A DNA stretch of 64,000 bases from an uncultured Candidatus Saccharibacteria bacterium (GTDB lineage Bacteria; Patescibacteriota; WWE3; UBA101185; 2-01-FULL-41-18), in the NCBI GenBank assembly GCA_964636285.1, contig CAZWQF010000004.1:67666-131665 (forward strand), given 5' to 3'. A program made the position numbers and the translations under genes. Of this stretch, positions 8,624 to 22,100 are shown one piece after another. Positions within the stretch are counted from its first letter, which is position 1, and each line of letters begins with the position of its first letter. Below the pieces are notes generated by a model. That model searched no databases and was not told the DNA's origin. It worked only from the letters and a program-made list of their open reading frames with translations.

Positions 8624-10066
8624 TTACTTTGCTTTCTGCGCCTTTCTAAAATTTATCACTTTTTTATAAAGTTCCGAATAATCAAACGCGCTTGAGTCCC
8701 ATGAAAAATCCTTAGCCATAGCTTTTTTTACCATTCCTTCATACTTTGCACTCCCCCAAAGCTTAACGGCCTTATCTATTGTTCTGAAAAGTGCATCTCC
8801 TTTGAACAAAGTAAACGAAAAACCATCTTTTCCATCCGCAACAGTATCCTTAAGCCCTCCAACCTTATGAACAATTGGCAGAGCACCATATCTCATTGCT
8901 ATCATCTGAGCTAAACCGCATGGCTCCGTCCTAGATGGCATTAAGAAAAAGTCGGAAGCTGCGTAAATTTTTCTTGCTAAGCCCTCATTAAACCCAAGGT
9001 TTATTGATAACTTATCGTGATATTTTTGCATCGAAGCAAGTTTTTTAAAGTTTTCTTCGTAGGTCTTGTCCCCTTTTCCAAGAATGATAAGCTGAACATC
9101 CATCTCAAGAATTTTCCCAATAATATCTCCAAAGATATCAAGTCCTTTTTGATTTGGATCGAGTCTACTTATAAGTGAGATGACCGGGACGTTCTTATCA
9201 GCTAAAACAAGTTCTTTTTGAAGAGCTTTTTTAACTGCAAGCTTACCTTCTTTCCAGTTCTCAGCACCAAATCTCTGCACTAGGTTTACATCTGTTTTGG
9301 GGTTGAAGTATTCGTAATCAAGGCCGTTGATAATTCCAAAAAACCTACCCTGCCTTGATCTTAGTATGTCAGCCATAGGGCCACCAATATCATCAAAAAG
9401 AAGCTCCTTGGCATAAGTTGGAGATACTGTGCTAACGGCATCGCTTGACGCAATCCCTTCTAGCATAAAATTCACATGTTTATCTTCAAGATCCCACTGT
9501 AGAATTTGATGTTCTGGAACGGACAATCCCATTTCGTAAACAAGTTCCATATCCCACTGACCTTGATATGCAATATTGTGGATTGTGAAAAGCGTGGCCG
9601 GTCTATCCTCACCTATCTCCTCTTCCAAAAGATGCGTGACCATACCTGTGTGCCAGTCGTTACAATGCACAAGATCATATGTGTTAAATGAGGCTTTTAT
9701 GAACTCAACCAAGGCTTTATTGAAGAAAGCAAAGCGTTCAACCTCATCTTGTAATGAAGTGAAAGCATCAGAGCCACCGTGAGCCATGTAATCATCGTTT
9801 TTTAAAAGAAAGACATCAACATTGCTACCGGGAAGTTTTGTTTTAAACACACCCACCTCATGAGTTTTATTTGCATAGCCCACCTGTATAGTCATTTGCT
9901 TAATAATTTTAAATTTGTGGAGATCTATGATCTGGTAAAAAGGAATAACAACATCAGCTTCAATGCCAAGCTTTTGAAGCGCTTTTGGAAGCGAACCTGC
10001 TACATCGCCAAGTCCACCTACTTTAACGATTGGGGCCACTTCTGAGGCAGCAAGCAAAATTTTCAT
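8624..10066 (-). CDS. glgA: Glycogen/starch synthase (GT5, GlgA)
   Basis: MKILLAASEVAPIVKVGGLGDV N-terminus (KxGGL motif), 480 aa. Confidence 0.9.
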   Translation of the reverse strand: MKILLAASEVAPIVKVGGLGDVAGSLPKALQKLGIEADVVIPFYQIIDLHKFKIIKQMTIQVGYANKTHEVGVFKTKLPGSNVDVFLLKNDDYMAHGGSDAFTSLQDEVERFAFFNKALVEFIKASFNTYDLVHCNDWHTGMVTHLLEEEIGEDRPATLFTIHNIAYQGQWDMELVYEMGLSVPEHQILQWDLEDKHVNFMLEGIASSDAVSTVSPTYAKELLFDDIGGPMADILRSRQGRFFGIINGLDYEYFNPKTDVNLVQRFGAENWKEGKLAVKKALQKELVLADKNVPVISLISRLDPNQKGLDIFGDIIGKILEMDVQLIILGKGDKTYEENFKKLASMQKYHDKLSINLGFNEGLARKIYAASDFFLMPSRTEPCGLAQMIAMRYGALPIVHKVGGLKDTVADGKDGFSFTLFKGDALFRTIDKAVKLWGSAKYEGMVKKAMAKDFSWDSSAFDYSELYKKVINFRKAQKAK

Positions 10067-10164
10067 CTGTATAAGTGTATCAGGATAGAGGGTATGTTGG
10101 AATAACGAATTTAAACTGATTCTTGAGTACAGGTAGTAAGGTAATAAAACTACTCATTTGTCTA

Positions 10165-13100
10165 TTAATTTATGAGCCACCAGTTAATTGTGGTATCTGA
10201 AGATTGAGAGGCATCAATTAGCACTTCAAACTCGTTGTCTGACAGAATCTTGTATGCAACTGACAATGGCTTATCTTTTGAGGTTACAAACACGAGTGAC
10301 TTTGATGTCAACTTATTGCTTGTAACTTTGACACTCTTGCTACCTGCTTTGATAACTGCACTACCAAGAGCTGCGTTTTGGTTTACATTATCGTCAGCTG
10401 AAACTTGTGAGACATTTAGCTTTTCTATAGAAAGGCTATTAATTACCCCTTCTTCAGCCTCAACCGAGTCAGCTACAAGCTTAACTGCAGTTATGGCCCC
10501 ATCGTTTGAAATTACAACTTTTCCGTTGAAAATGTCCAAGTCTCCTGCAAGAACGTCTGACTGAAGCTTAAGAGTTCCGATTGACGATATTGATTGATCT
10601 GCATCACTTATTGTCAAAAGCCCTACAGTTAATTTACCGGCAACATTAAGATCCGAAAGGAACGACTGCCCTGCCACCCTCAAATCTCCAAGGACTCTTG
10701 CAAATTCGTTGACTTGAAGGCTCTTAACACTTGAGCTGGCTGAAAGCTCAGCTGACTCTGAAGATTCAGAAAGTTCAGAGCTTGATGTAGCTTCGAATGA
10801 TTCGCCGGTAAGAATCTTAAGCGTAGCCTTAAGCGAATCAATTTGAGACTGAAGATCTGTTGCCTGATCTTTTGTGGCAAATTCGTCTGAAAGATTATCA
10901 CCTTCTCTAACATCAGTCGAAAGGGCTTCTGCTGAATTTGAAGATTCAAGAGCAGAAAGCTGACTCTCAAGAGCCAAAATCCTACCTGAAAGCGAATCAA
11001 TCTTTTCGTTTAATGAAGTTGCAACTCCAGAAATTATCGCCTGTGCTTCATCTTTTGAATTTGAAACTCCAAGGGTTCTGTCTATATCTGAAAGCTTAGC
11101 GTCAACTTCTGCTTTTGTATAAGCCTCAGATGTAAGTGATCCTCCATCTGTTAGCGTCATCATAGAGTCAGGAGATGCCCAGTTTGTTGAAACAACCATT
11201 AGCACTCTGTCTTTTGAATCGCCTGGGTTCCAGAATTCAATTGCTCTTCCAAGCATAATTCCTGATTTTGTTGCTTTTTTGGCCATTCCTACAGTTGTAG
11301 AAGATGTAAGATAATCGCCTGGCACAATTGGATCTGAATCTGGTGATATCTTAACGGGAACTCTTCCTGAAATTGCTACTTTTGCGGCTGAGTTGAATTT
11401 ACCACCGCCAACTATGAGGGAAGAATCGGTTGAGATAACACCTAAGAGCTTTCTGTCACTCTCTATTGAAGAAAGCGTAATCTGACCGTTATCGTTAAGT
11501 GATACAACATCACCTGGTTTTGCTTCTGCATATGTTTCAATGTCTCTTTGGTACATCTCTGATATATCTGAGGTTGTCGTCATATCAATACCGCCAGCAA
11601 GACCATCTAAAACCGACGGCTGTGAATTAGCCTGTGTAAGCGAGCTGGGCTCAGGATCGTCCTGCCACGTCCTAACATAATCTATATCATTATTCTCAGA
11701 AGTGGTGTCCGAAGTCTCTGTCTTAAGCATAATATCCATGAGTGTTGTTGCACCGGGAATATTAGTTGTTTTTGAGACTGCTGTGCCGTCCACAGAACAA
11801 ATTACTTGAGGTGTTGTACCATTCTGAAGCCAAACTCTGAGTCTCTGGAATGTTGTTGTTGAGATATCAACACCAGTGCTAGTCACTGATTCGGTTGTCC
11901 CATCAGATGTTATACACTGCCAGGTTGTATCGGCTGCTCTCTTTCCAATATAAGCATGAGCACCTGTAAGAGTGTCAGAACCTGAACCTGGAACAGCTGT
12001 TGAAAGTCCAAAGAAAGCTCTTTGTGAGCCATTTGTATCAGTTCCAAGCTTAACGCTTGTTTCAAATACTGGGTTATTTTGTCTTTGGTAAAAGCCGTTT
12101 GTTAATGTAGCCTGAGTTGAGGTATAGCAGGCACCTGGATTTGTGGTACCAGTTGTATGCCTGAGAACCCCATTAACTACGGCAGTTTGAAATGTGAAGT
12201 TACATGTGGCAGCTCCCGTGGCAGTGGGATTTTGCCAATTATTTGTATCTAACATCCTTCCCATGAAATCATCCTGAAAAGTATTCATACCCTGCATATT
12301 TATAAAACCTTTTACAAGCTCTAGGTTAAAGTAACCTGTACCTGCATTTCTGACATTTAGAGTTGTGTAGTTGTTTGTGTCTGTTGAAGCTCTGTTCCCT
12401 ATAGCAATAGTGGCAGCGTTTGAAGTCGTGGAGTTAATAGTATCAAACATAGCTGAGTAATTTGTGTCTGCACCTGATTGGCCCGCAACATATAAACCAT
12501 ACTTTGTGGATGTTCCATTTGTTGAGGAAGTGCCATTGGCTACGTAAACTCCGTATGAATTCACAGTTCCAGATCCAGATCCTTGGGAAGCTGAAGCTGA
12601 AAAATACCCAGCGTATGCATTTGTGGTGGAAGTATTATACGAGTTTGAAGCAGATACACTGTAGTAACCCCCATACAAGGTCTTTGAACCTCCATCAACT
12701 AAACCAGAATTTGTCACAGTTGTATAATCACCATACATATTCAGGCCACTGATGGTTTGAGTGCTTGAAACAGTATTTCTCAAGCCACTTATTGTACTGC
12801 TGGATGAAGCGCTTTCATCAACGCTAGTAGATAAGTACATATTAGTAGAATAATTAGAAATAGATGGAAGAGCTGTCAAAAACGACTCTATAAGCCCTGT
12901 GTTTGCGGAGGCTGAATTAGAGTAACCGGTAGCTAAAATTGCAGACCCTGTAGTTGCAGATGATCCAATGTCGGCCCTGATGACATCTCCCGTAGTATTT
13001 GTTGAACCTATCGCCCAGATATAACTATCATCATCGCTATTTAATCTTATATCTCCGCTTCCATTTGGCGTAATTGCCAGATCTTCATTTGTACCTGTGG

Positions 13101-16100
13101 ACAAATCAACAGTCATTCCTGAAAGCACTAAGCCTGTATCAGAATCTCCAGAAAGCACATGATTGCTTGAGGCAGACACATCTGAAAGCACCAAAATATC
13201 ATTTCCATCTGTTGCAGCGTCATCTTCAAAGGTCCATGTTCCCCCATTCGCAATCTTAAAAACCGTTGTTGTATCAACTGAGTAAAGATTTGCGTCCCAT
13301 CCAGATCCAAGAGTTACGCCGTACTCTGTGCCTGCTCCAGGAGTAATTGAGGAGACATTAAGACCGTTTAAAGTTCCCGCAGAAATACCGTAGGCTGAAA
13401 CTCTAATACCATTGTTCACAAGTGTGCTGGCAGCACCGGATTGAATAGTGCTAGCTCTTAACGAACTAATTGTACATGCCCCTGAAGCACACCCTGTGAT
13501 AGTTGGAGATGCTGCTTCAATAGATGATACGTCTTTAGTACCAGCACCTGATGTATTTATTGTAGGAGCAACATAAATACCTGATGTTGACGAGTTACCA
13601 GTAGTGTTGGTAGACGCATCTGTGAAAGCTAGATCCAAATATCTTGCTGACTCAGCAGCTGTATGCACATAACTTGCTGTAGAAAGAGTTAAAACGGGTT
13701 CTGTTGTTCTTGAAGTTGCAGAGGGGTATATTTCAAAATTCCCTGTTCCTGTGAGATCAGACACTATGCTTCCCGCGTTAAAAGTCCTAAGTGTCAAATC
13801 ATTGCTCTCAAAAGATTCTCCTGCTTCAAGGTACAGAGGTGCATTGGACTTTATGTAAGAAGCTGTCTGGTTTGTAAACTGAAGATCATATGCTATAGAC
13901 ACGTCACCAGCCGCTGTAAACGAATGTGGAAGGGCAGATGTAATGCCGGTTTCAGAAACTGAGAAGAGTGATGTACCGTTGTCGGTCACATTAAAAAGGT
14001 TTCCTGATGTAGACCCATTCGAACCAATATTAATCCTGAACAGATCTCCTGTAGCTGTAGCTGAAGAGCCTGGTGACCAGTCAAAATACCCAAGCGATCC
14101 GCCTGTGGTTGCAGTTGTCAGTGCAGTAGACTGAGACATAACATTTAGGATTGTGCCTGTTGACAATGTGTTTGCAGAGCCTGTAGTCAGATCCATTAGC
14201 CTACCAGTTGTTAATGAGGAAGAATTAAAGTAGGCACCTGTTCCAGAGGTTAGTGAATTGTTTGAAAAGACCCAAGAAGAGGATGTGGTTCCAGTTGTTG
14301 CAACAGCAGATGTAAAAACTTGAGAACCTGTAGTTGTGGTTAAGTTAAGTGCCCCTACCCCATTCGGTTGAATTGTAAGCGCCTCGTCTGTATCAGCCGT
14401 GGTGATTGTTGCAGAGGAATCATTCAAGCCAAGTGTAAGATCTCCAGTAGAGAGTAATCCTGAATTAGAGTTATCTGTAAGGGTAAGAAGAGAATTTGTG
14501 TTATCTGAAATTGTTAGCGTTCCAGTGTCAGCAATAGAAATCGAAGGGGTTGTTGAGGTCAGGTCTATTTCGTTTCCAGTGCCAGAATTTGAAAGCCTTA
14601 GCGTATCGATATCTCCTGCGGCCTGCTGAGTTAAGCTCATCATAAAAGACGAATCCGTACCTGAAGAGGATGGATTTGTGAAGACTATAGAATCATCCGT
14701 ACCTGAAAGCGTGACAGTAGCATCCGATCCATCTGCGTCGTTAGAGTAAGCTTGCTGGAAAGTAGTGGACGCCCCAGATACATCAGTCCAACCCGATGAA
14801 GTGTACATGTAAAGCCTATCGTCATCCGAGTCGTACGCAAGGTATCCTTCTCCAGTTGATGGGTTTGAAAAAGAGGCAGCTTGTGGAAGTCTTAATCCTT
14901 GAGAAGCTGTAGATCCATATGTTATTGAGCCAAGATCAATATATCCAGTGTTTGGTAACGAAAGGGTTGCCGCTGCTCCATTGTCTGCAATGGTTAGAAG
15001 GTTTTGTGTTCCATCATTAATTGCGAATGTCTCACCGCTTGCAATTCTCATAGTTGGTGTTGTGCCAGCAAAATACATTTCGTAATCCCAGTTGCTACCA
15101 ATATACAATCCAGTACCCACTGCCTGAGGATCGGCTGTGATGCTATTTACATACATGCCGTAAACATTATTTCCAGTACCTGTGTGATCTCTCGCCGGAG
15201 GGTTAACATATATACCAGACTGGGAATCATTGCCGTCCATTGGAATATTAATTGAGTACTCTGGGCCATCTATAGTTAAAGTAGAAATGAACTGAGATCC
15301 AGAGAAATCTGACCCAGTTATGTAATTTCTGAATACGTGGCTAGTTGGCCCTTCGTAATAAAGATTGTCTGTTGCTGCTATAAGCTGAGAATACTTTGTT
15401 GAACCAGGATCAATCGATAGAGAACCATCAATACTAACATCACCACCAAGCGTTATTGTCCCATCCGTATTGTTATCAATTGTCTCTCCATTTTGAAGTC
15501 TAATATCAGTTGTTACTCCTGTAGAAGCAATGTTAAGTGCTGTTGTGATTGTCTGGGCTCCAGATCCAATTGTAATAGCATTTGTTAAAGCTCCTGCTGA
15601 GTTTGTAATATTAACTCCATTTGTTAGTGTACCTGCTCCTGATTGGTCAAGAAGGATACCATTGGTTTTTGTTCCTGATGTATGTGAAGAAGAAAGCTGA
15701 ATGAGCTCTCCCGTACCTGCGTTTGAGATCTGAAGAGCATCTTGTGTTCCAGTGGCTAACTGATCAATGTTTAAAAGGTAGGCGGAGTCTGTTCCAGATG
15801 CTGCTGGGTTTCTAAAGATTAACGAATCATCTGCTGATGTTAAGGCTACTATTGTATCTGATCCAGCAGCATCATTTCCATACGCCTGCTGAAGAGTTGT
15901 TGAAGCTCCGTTTACTGAAACCCAGGAGGAACCATCATAAGCATAAAGAGCGTTATCATCTGCATCCCATGCAAGGTAACCTTCTCCTGAAGTTGGGTTA
16001 GTAAATGAGTTAGCTTGAGGAAGTCTAAATCCTTGATTTGCTGAGGAAGCGTGAGTTACAGCTCCAAGGTCTAAAAATCCTGTTACGCTACTTAAAGTCA

Positions 16101-19100
16101 AACTTGTGGAGGCTGTGATTGCGTCTGAAAAAATGAATCTTGGACTTGACCCAGCAGAGTCAAGAGTAAGAGACCCATCCGCATTTGCAGTAAATGTTGT
16201 AAGGTTAGCCCCGTCAATGCCATCGTCAATAATTAACGTATCTCCTGTTCTGAAATCATATCCATAGACACCAGCCCAAGCATCGGTAGGAGACCCTAAA
16301 GCGTAATAATTATTCCCATCAGGAACAATTGTACCTGCCATAGTAATACCATCGTTAAAAGCAAAACCAGCCCCTGACCCAGCAGCATCAAAAGTAACCG
16401 TTCCTGACCCAGCAGATCCTATTGTTAGATAATAAGTACTGTCATATGCAACTCTTAGCTGAGGGGACGTGGTGCTTCTAACCTCAAGCTTGTTTGCTGT
16501 ACCACTTGAGCCCGTTCCGATACCTACATTCCCCACAAGGTATGAATTTGAAGTTGATGTTGAATAAAGTGCATACCTGCCGGTAGAACCCACATCAATG
16601 GAGGTGTCCATATAAAGGCCGTAGGATGTATTCACAGTCCCAGAATTTGACCAACCGTCCATCCTAACTCCATACACTGTTGGCATTGTTGTAGTGTTGG
16701 CAATTTGCGAAAGAATACCCGTAGCTGAAGTAGAAATTGATCCAGTACCATTAGCCGAAACTCTTCCTTGAACTCCAATTGCAGTACCAATTGAGCCTGA
16801 TGAAGCCAAAAGACTTCCATAGACTCCAGTTGCTGTTGTGATAGATCCCGCACCTGAATTTGCAATACCAAAGTAACCTGATGTTGCTGAGCCTTTTGAG
16901 CCTGATGTTGCTGAGTTTGTTACAGTGGAGCTTACACCATACAGAAAGTTTGCTAGTGTTGTACTGTCTGTTACATTTGAATTAACCCCAACCACTGCAT
17001 TCGCTTCAGTACTCGGAGAATTTGTTAAATCCACTCTAATTCCATCTCCATACCCTAGAGCAGTCGTAGTGTCTACTGTCCCTGAAATTAACAAGGCAGC
17101 GCCAGTATCGTTTATATCTGTTGTAAGTTCAACTAAACCATTTGTTACTCCTGAAGTCCCACCTGAGGGGCCGTTTAATGCCACAGCACTTCCAGAAGTT
17201 AAAGATGCAGCAGTAATTGTATGTGCATCAGTTGTTGTACCTGTATATGTCTGAGTGAATGCCCCAGCTCCTGATGTCATTGTGAAGTTTGCTCCTGCAT
17301 CAAGTGTCACTGCGTTTAATGTTGAGGATGAATCCACATTTAAGGTTGAGGTTGTTGAGATTGCAGTTGTTAAGTTATCAATTCCTGTTTCACCTGTTAA
17401 GGTACCATTTGTTGTAACCGTAACAAAGTTTGAGTTTATAGGTGCATATGTGTTTGCCAATGTTGTTCCGTTTTGGGTAACTGTGTTTACATAAAGGTTA
17501 TCCCATGGAGTTGAGGAAGAACCAAGGTCACTAACTCCTGTTGTTCCTACAGGAATTAGATCATTATCAGTTTGGATAAGTCCATTTACTGTTATTACAT
17601 CAGCAGAGTCACTTCCTAAATTTACGTTCCCATTCGCAACAAAAGCTCCGTTTGCTGTTAACTGCCCTGTTGTGGTCAAAGTGCTGCTTGCTGTGACACC
17701 CTTCGCAAACTCAATTGAATTTGCCACTGCTGCGGTTGTATCAATGTAAAGCCTTCCAGTATTTGTTACATCAAAAATAGCGTATGCACCTGTACTATAT
17801 GCAAGTCTAAATTGAGGCTCTGTTGTGGATAGAACTTCGAGCGGGTTATTAGGATCAGTTGTTCCAATACCAACATCTCCTGCCCCTTCGATTCTTATTC
17901 TCTCTTGGTTATTTGTACCAAGAACTAGTGGTTGCGAAGTAGATGTTCCAACACCCATTCCAAGGTTTGATGCTCCTCCTGCTACTACAAAGTATTTGTC
18001 TGCTCTATCAAGCCCAAAGTAGTCAAAGGATGTGTACCCGGTGCCTCCGTAGAATATACCTCCGTACGATGCCAGCGTGCCTCTGCTGTTTTCAAGGAAG
18101 AGTGCTGCCTGTTGAACATCTGAAGTGCCTGTGGTCTGAATCCTTGCCATGCTTGCGGCTGAGTTGACCACGTCAAGCTGATAGTCTGGGGCGGCTGTGC
18201 CAATTCCTATTCGATCACTGCTGGCGTCTACTGAAAAGGTACTTCCATCAAACGAAAGGCCATTTATCCCACCTGTAAGTGTAAAATCTGTATCGTTTGC
18301 TACAGTTACTGTAGCTGCATTAAGAGTTAGAGTGTCTCCTGACGCGTTGCCTATTGTTGTATTTCCGTTTGATGTAAGATCCCCTGCTAATGTTAATCCA
18401 CCTGTTGAGGTAAAGTCAGTGCCTGAGTTTCCAATGTTAACTACTGTGTTTGCATTAAGATCAATACCATTGGTCATTGTTCCTGTGATGTTAAGTCCTG
18501 TGGTTACTGTACCTGCTGTTCTTGTTAAGTTAAGAAGATTTGTGATGGTACCAGCTCCTGTTTGTTCGATGAGAGCTCCGTTTGTTGTAGATCCTGCTAC
18601 GTTTGCTAGAGATACTTGAAGAGCTTCTCCTGTACCAGCGTTTGAGATCTGAAGAGCGTCTACTGCTCCTGTTGCTAACTGATCAAGATTCATAAGGTAT
18701 CCAGAGTCTGTACCAGATGCTGCTGGGTTTCTTAGGATAAGTGAATCATCTGCTGATGTTAAGGCAAGTATAGAGTTGGAACCATCCGCATCGTTATCAT
18801 ATGCATTTTGTAGTGTTGTAGATGCTCCAGAGACATTCTGCCATGAGGATCCATTGTATGCATAGAGAGCATTATCGTCTGCATCCCAAGCAAGGTAACC
18901 TTCTCCTGATGTTGGATTGGTAAATGAGTTTGCTTGAGGAAGTCTTAAACCTTGGTTTGCTGCGGATCCATGCGTGATTGCAGAGAGATCTATGAATCCT
19001 GTGTTTGGTAACGAAAGAGTTGCAGCTGTTCCATTGTCTGCAATGGTTAGAAGGTTTTGTGTTCCATCGTAAAGAGTAAGTGTGGAAGCATTAGCCAACT

Positions 19101-22100
19101 GAATTCTAGGCGTAGTGTCGCCAAACACCAAATCAGAATCCCAACTTGCACCTATATATACACCGTATTCATTAGCCTGAAGGTCATCTATAGGAAGAGC
19201 ACCCAAATTAATCCCATATACATAGTTAGCGGATCCTGTATGGTTAACGTTTATTGGATCTATGTATAAATGATTAATTATGTTACTTCCAGATGCTGGG
19301 TTTATGCTTGATCCAGCCCCATCTACCATTAAAATAGATTGCTCTACTCCAGGGTTCATAACCTGTGATGAGGATCTAAATATAGACTCTAATGCGTTAG
19401 AAAGTATTAAATTTGACGAGGACGATGAGATATTGGGATAAGATGTGTCTGCACCAAAGTAAACTGACGCATCCTGCACACTCTCCCCAAATATAAATAG
19501 CTCATCATCAACTACTGCCTGATAAACACCATTTGTGTTCCTATCATCTTTAATTAACAAACTGCCCGTCTGTGTCTTAATAATAAAATCCCCGTCTGAA
19601 GCCTCTAGTGTTGTATGAGCTTCGCCAGCCACTCCAGTATTTGCCACCCTTACACTAAATGAGTCTGAATTAGCCGTAGTTAGATCTAGACCGTTTGAGG
19701 CAGTAACTCCAGTAATATCCAAATCCCCTCCTGTAACAACAGCGTCTCCTGTCAATGTTGTTGTACCTGTAGTAATGTTCAAAGTATTGTCACCAAAAGC
19801 AAATGTTGAATCTACTCCTGCAGAGGCATTAAATGTCCACGTTATTCCTGCTTCACTTCCAAACGTAGTAGTGCCTATCTCCGTAGTGTCAAGATTGATT
19901 GTTAATTGATCTGCAACTCCTGAAACATCAACATCAATGCCGTTGGTACCGCCATTAAATAAAACTGTGGCACCAGAAGCAATAAGCCTTGTCTCTGCAT
20001 CGTCTGATGAGTCAACTGTCCATCCTGAGTATCCACCTCCACCTATCTGAATGAATGATGTTCCGTTGTATACATAAAGGGCATCTCCTGAGGTATCGTA
20101 AACAACATCTCCTTCAACTGTCCCTGTAACTCCTGCTGGAGCTCCTGCGTTTGTAGGGAGATTAAGGCCTACGTTGTTGTTGTGAGGAGCTGTTTCAATT
20201 CTTCCGTCTGTAGTAATAGAACCAATGTTTGTTAAATCTCCTGTGGCTGAGATATCCCAATCGGATGTATTAACTTCCATAGTGTCCCCACCATCTCCAA
20301 GGATTACGCTTCCTCCTGGAGTTAGAGTGAATGCTCCAGTTGTTGTAAAGGTTGTTGAAGCTCCATCAAATGCTATGTTTGTATCGGCTATGGAAAGATC
20401 GCCGTTGGAATCTAGAGTTCCGTTTGCGGTTAATGCTCCAGTGGTCACGAGGGTGCTTGACACAGTTACCCCATCTGAGAACGTAAAAGAGGCTCCTGCG
20501 CCTGCTGCATCAAAAGTTACCGCACCATTGCTTGCAACCCCTTCTGTAACATAGTTTGAGCTATCATAAGCTACTCTAAATTGAGGGGATGTAACGCTTC
20601 TTACTTCAAGTTGATTAGAAGGAGCATCTGCTCCCGCACCTATTCCCGTTTGACCCTCAAAAAAATGGTAACCACTACCATCCGAATATATATTGTATTT
20701 ATCCGTAGTAGAAACACCTTGATCTTTAATCCTTAATCCATAATTATTCACAATTGTACCTGTAGAGTCAGGTGTCTCAATGACAACCCCGAAGGCATTT
20801 GTAATTGTAGCGTCAGAATTTGCAGACCAAATCTTTGTCATCAAACCTGTAGCGGTACCTAAGGTTGCAACAACAGCAGGGTCATAATAAATCCCTGCTT
20901 CCATGGACTGCATCTCAGCACCTGAAAGCCTATCTGCTGTTAAAGTTGTGTAAAGATTCGACTTGATGCCAATGTACTTCTCATTACTAATCCCACTAGG
21001 CCACACACTAGTGTCCACAAGCAAACTATTCTGCCAGTTAGTCGTATCTTCAAGGGAACCTGCCACGGTTACAACAGCAGCATTCGGTATGTTTTCAGCA
21101 ACACCACCAAAATATGCATTTCCTGTAAATTCTGCCCAACCATCAACCTCAAGGTTTCCTTCAATGTAAGCATCCTCTCCATCCAGCGCATTATCTGGAG
21201 TACCGTTCCCTAATTTAATATTTCCTGTAAGAACATTAAAAATGTCTGCGGTAGCACCAAGTGTTAAATCTGTTGAGTTTGAATCAAAGCCCAAAGTTGT
21301 ATCGGTTGCAGCGGAAGTACCAAATGTCCATACAAAATCCGATGTAGTTCCCCACGTAGTTGTCCCTATCTCAGTAGAATCAAAAGTGAGTGTCAATGTA
21401 TCTGTTAAACTTGTAGCGGTATCAATACCAACCCCTCCTGTAAACTCAGCGGTGTCATTAGCTGATATTGTCTGATCGCTACCTGAATCACCGGAAAGAG
21501 CCCAGGCAGAGTATGCCCCTCCTGCAACAGGAGTGAAAGTAGCACCATTGTAAACATATAGAACTCCTCCTGATGTATCCCAAACAAGATCCCCTGCTGC
21601 AGAACCTGTAACACCTACTGGAGCTCCAGCATTTGTTGGGATATTCAAACCAACTCCATTGTTATGACCTGCTGTTTCAATTCTTCCGTCTGTAGTAATA
21701 GAACCAATGTTTGTTAAGTCACCAGTTGCTGAGATATCCCAATCGGATGTATCAATAGCACCTGTATCTCCCCCATCTCCAAGTGTGAACACCCCATTCG
21801 CATCCAAAGTGCCATTTGCAGTGAGTGTTCCGTTAGCTGTTGTTGTACCTGCAATGGTCAAACCACCAGATGAATCAAAATCAGTTCCCGCATTTCCAAT
21901 ATTTTCAATAGTGTTTGCGTTCAAATTAATTCCTATTGTTGATCCAGTGACAATATTAACTGCTGTTGAGAGTCCTCCCCCAATATTTATTCCGGTTGTT
22001 ATCGCTCCAGCAGTCTCAGTGATATTAATAGCATTTGTTGTTGTTCCTGCACCAGTTTGATCAATTAAAATACCGTTTGTTCTTGTTCCAGAAGCGTTAG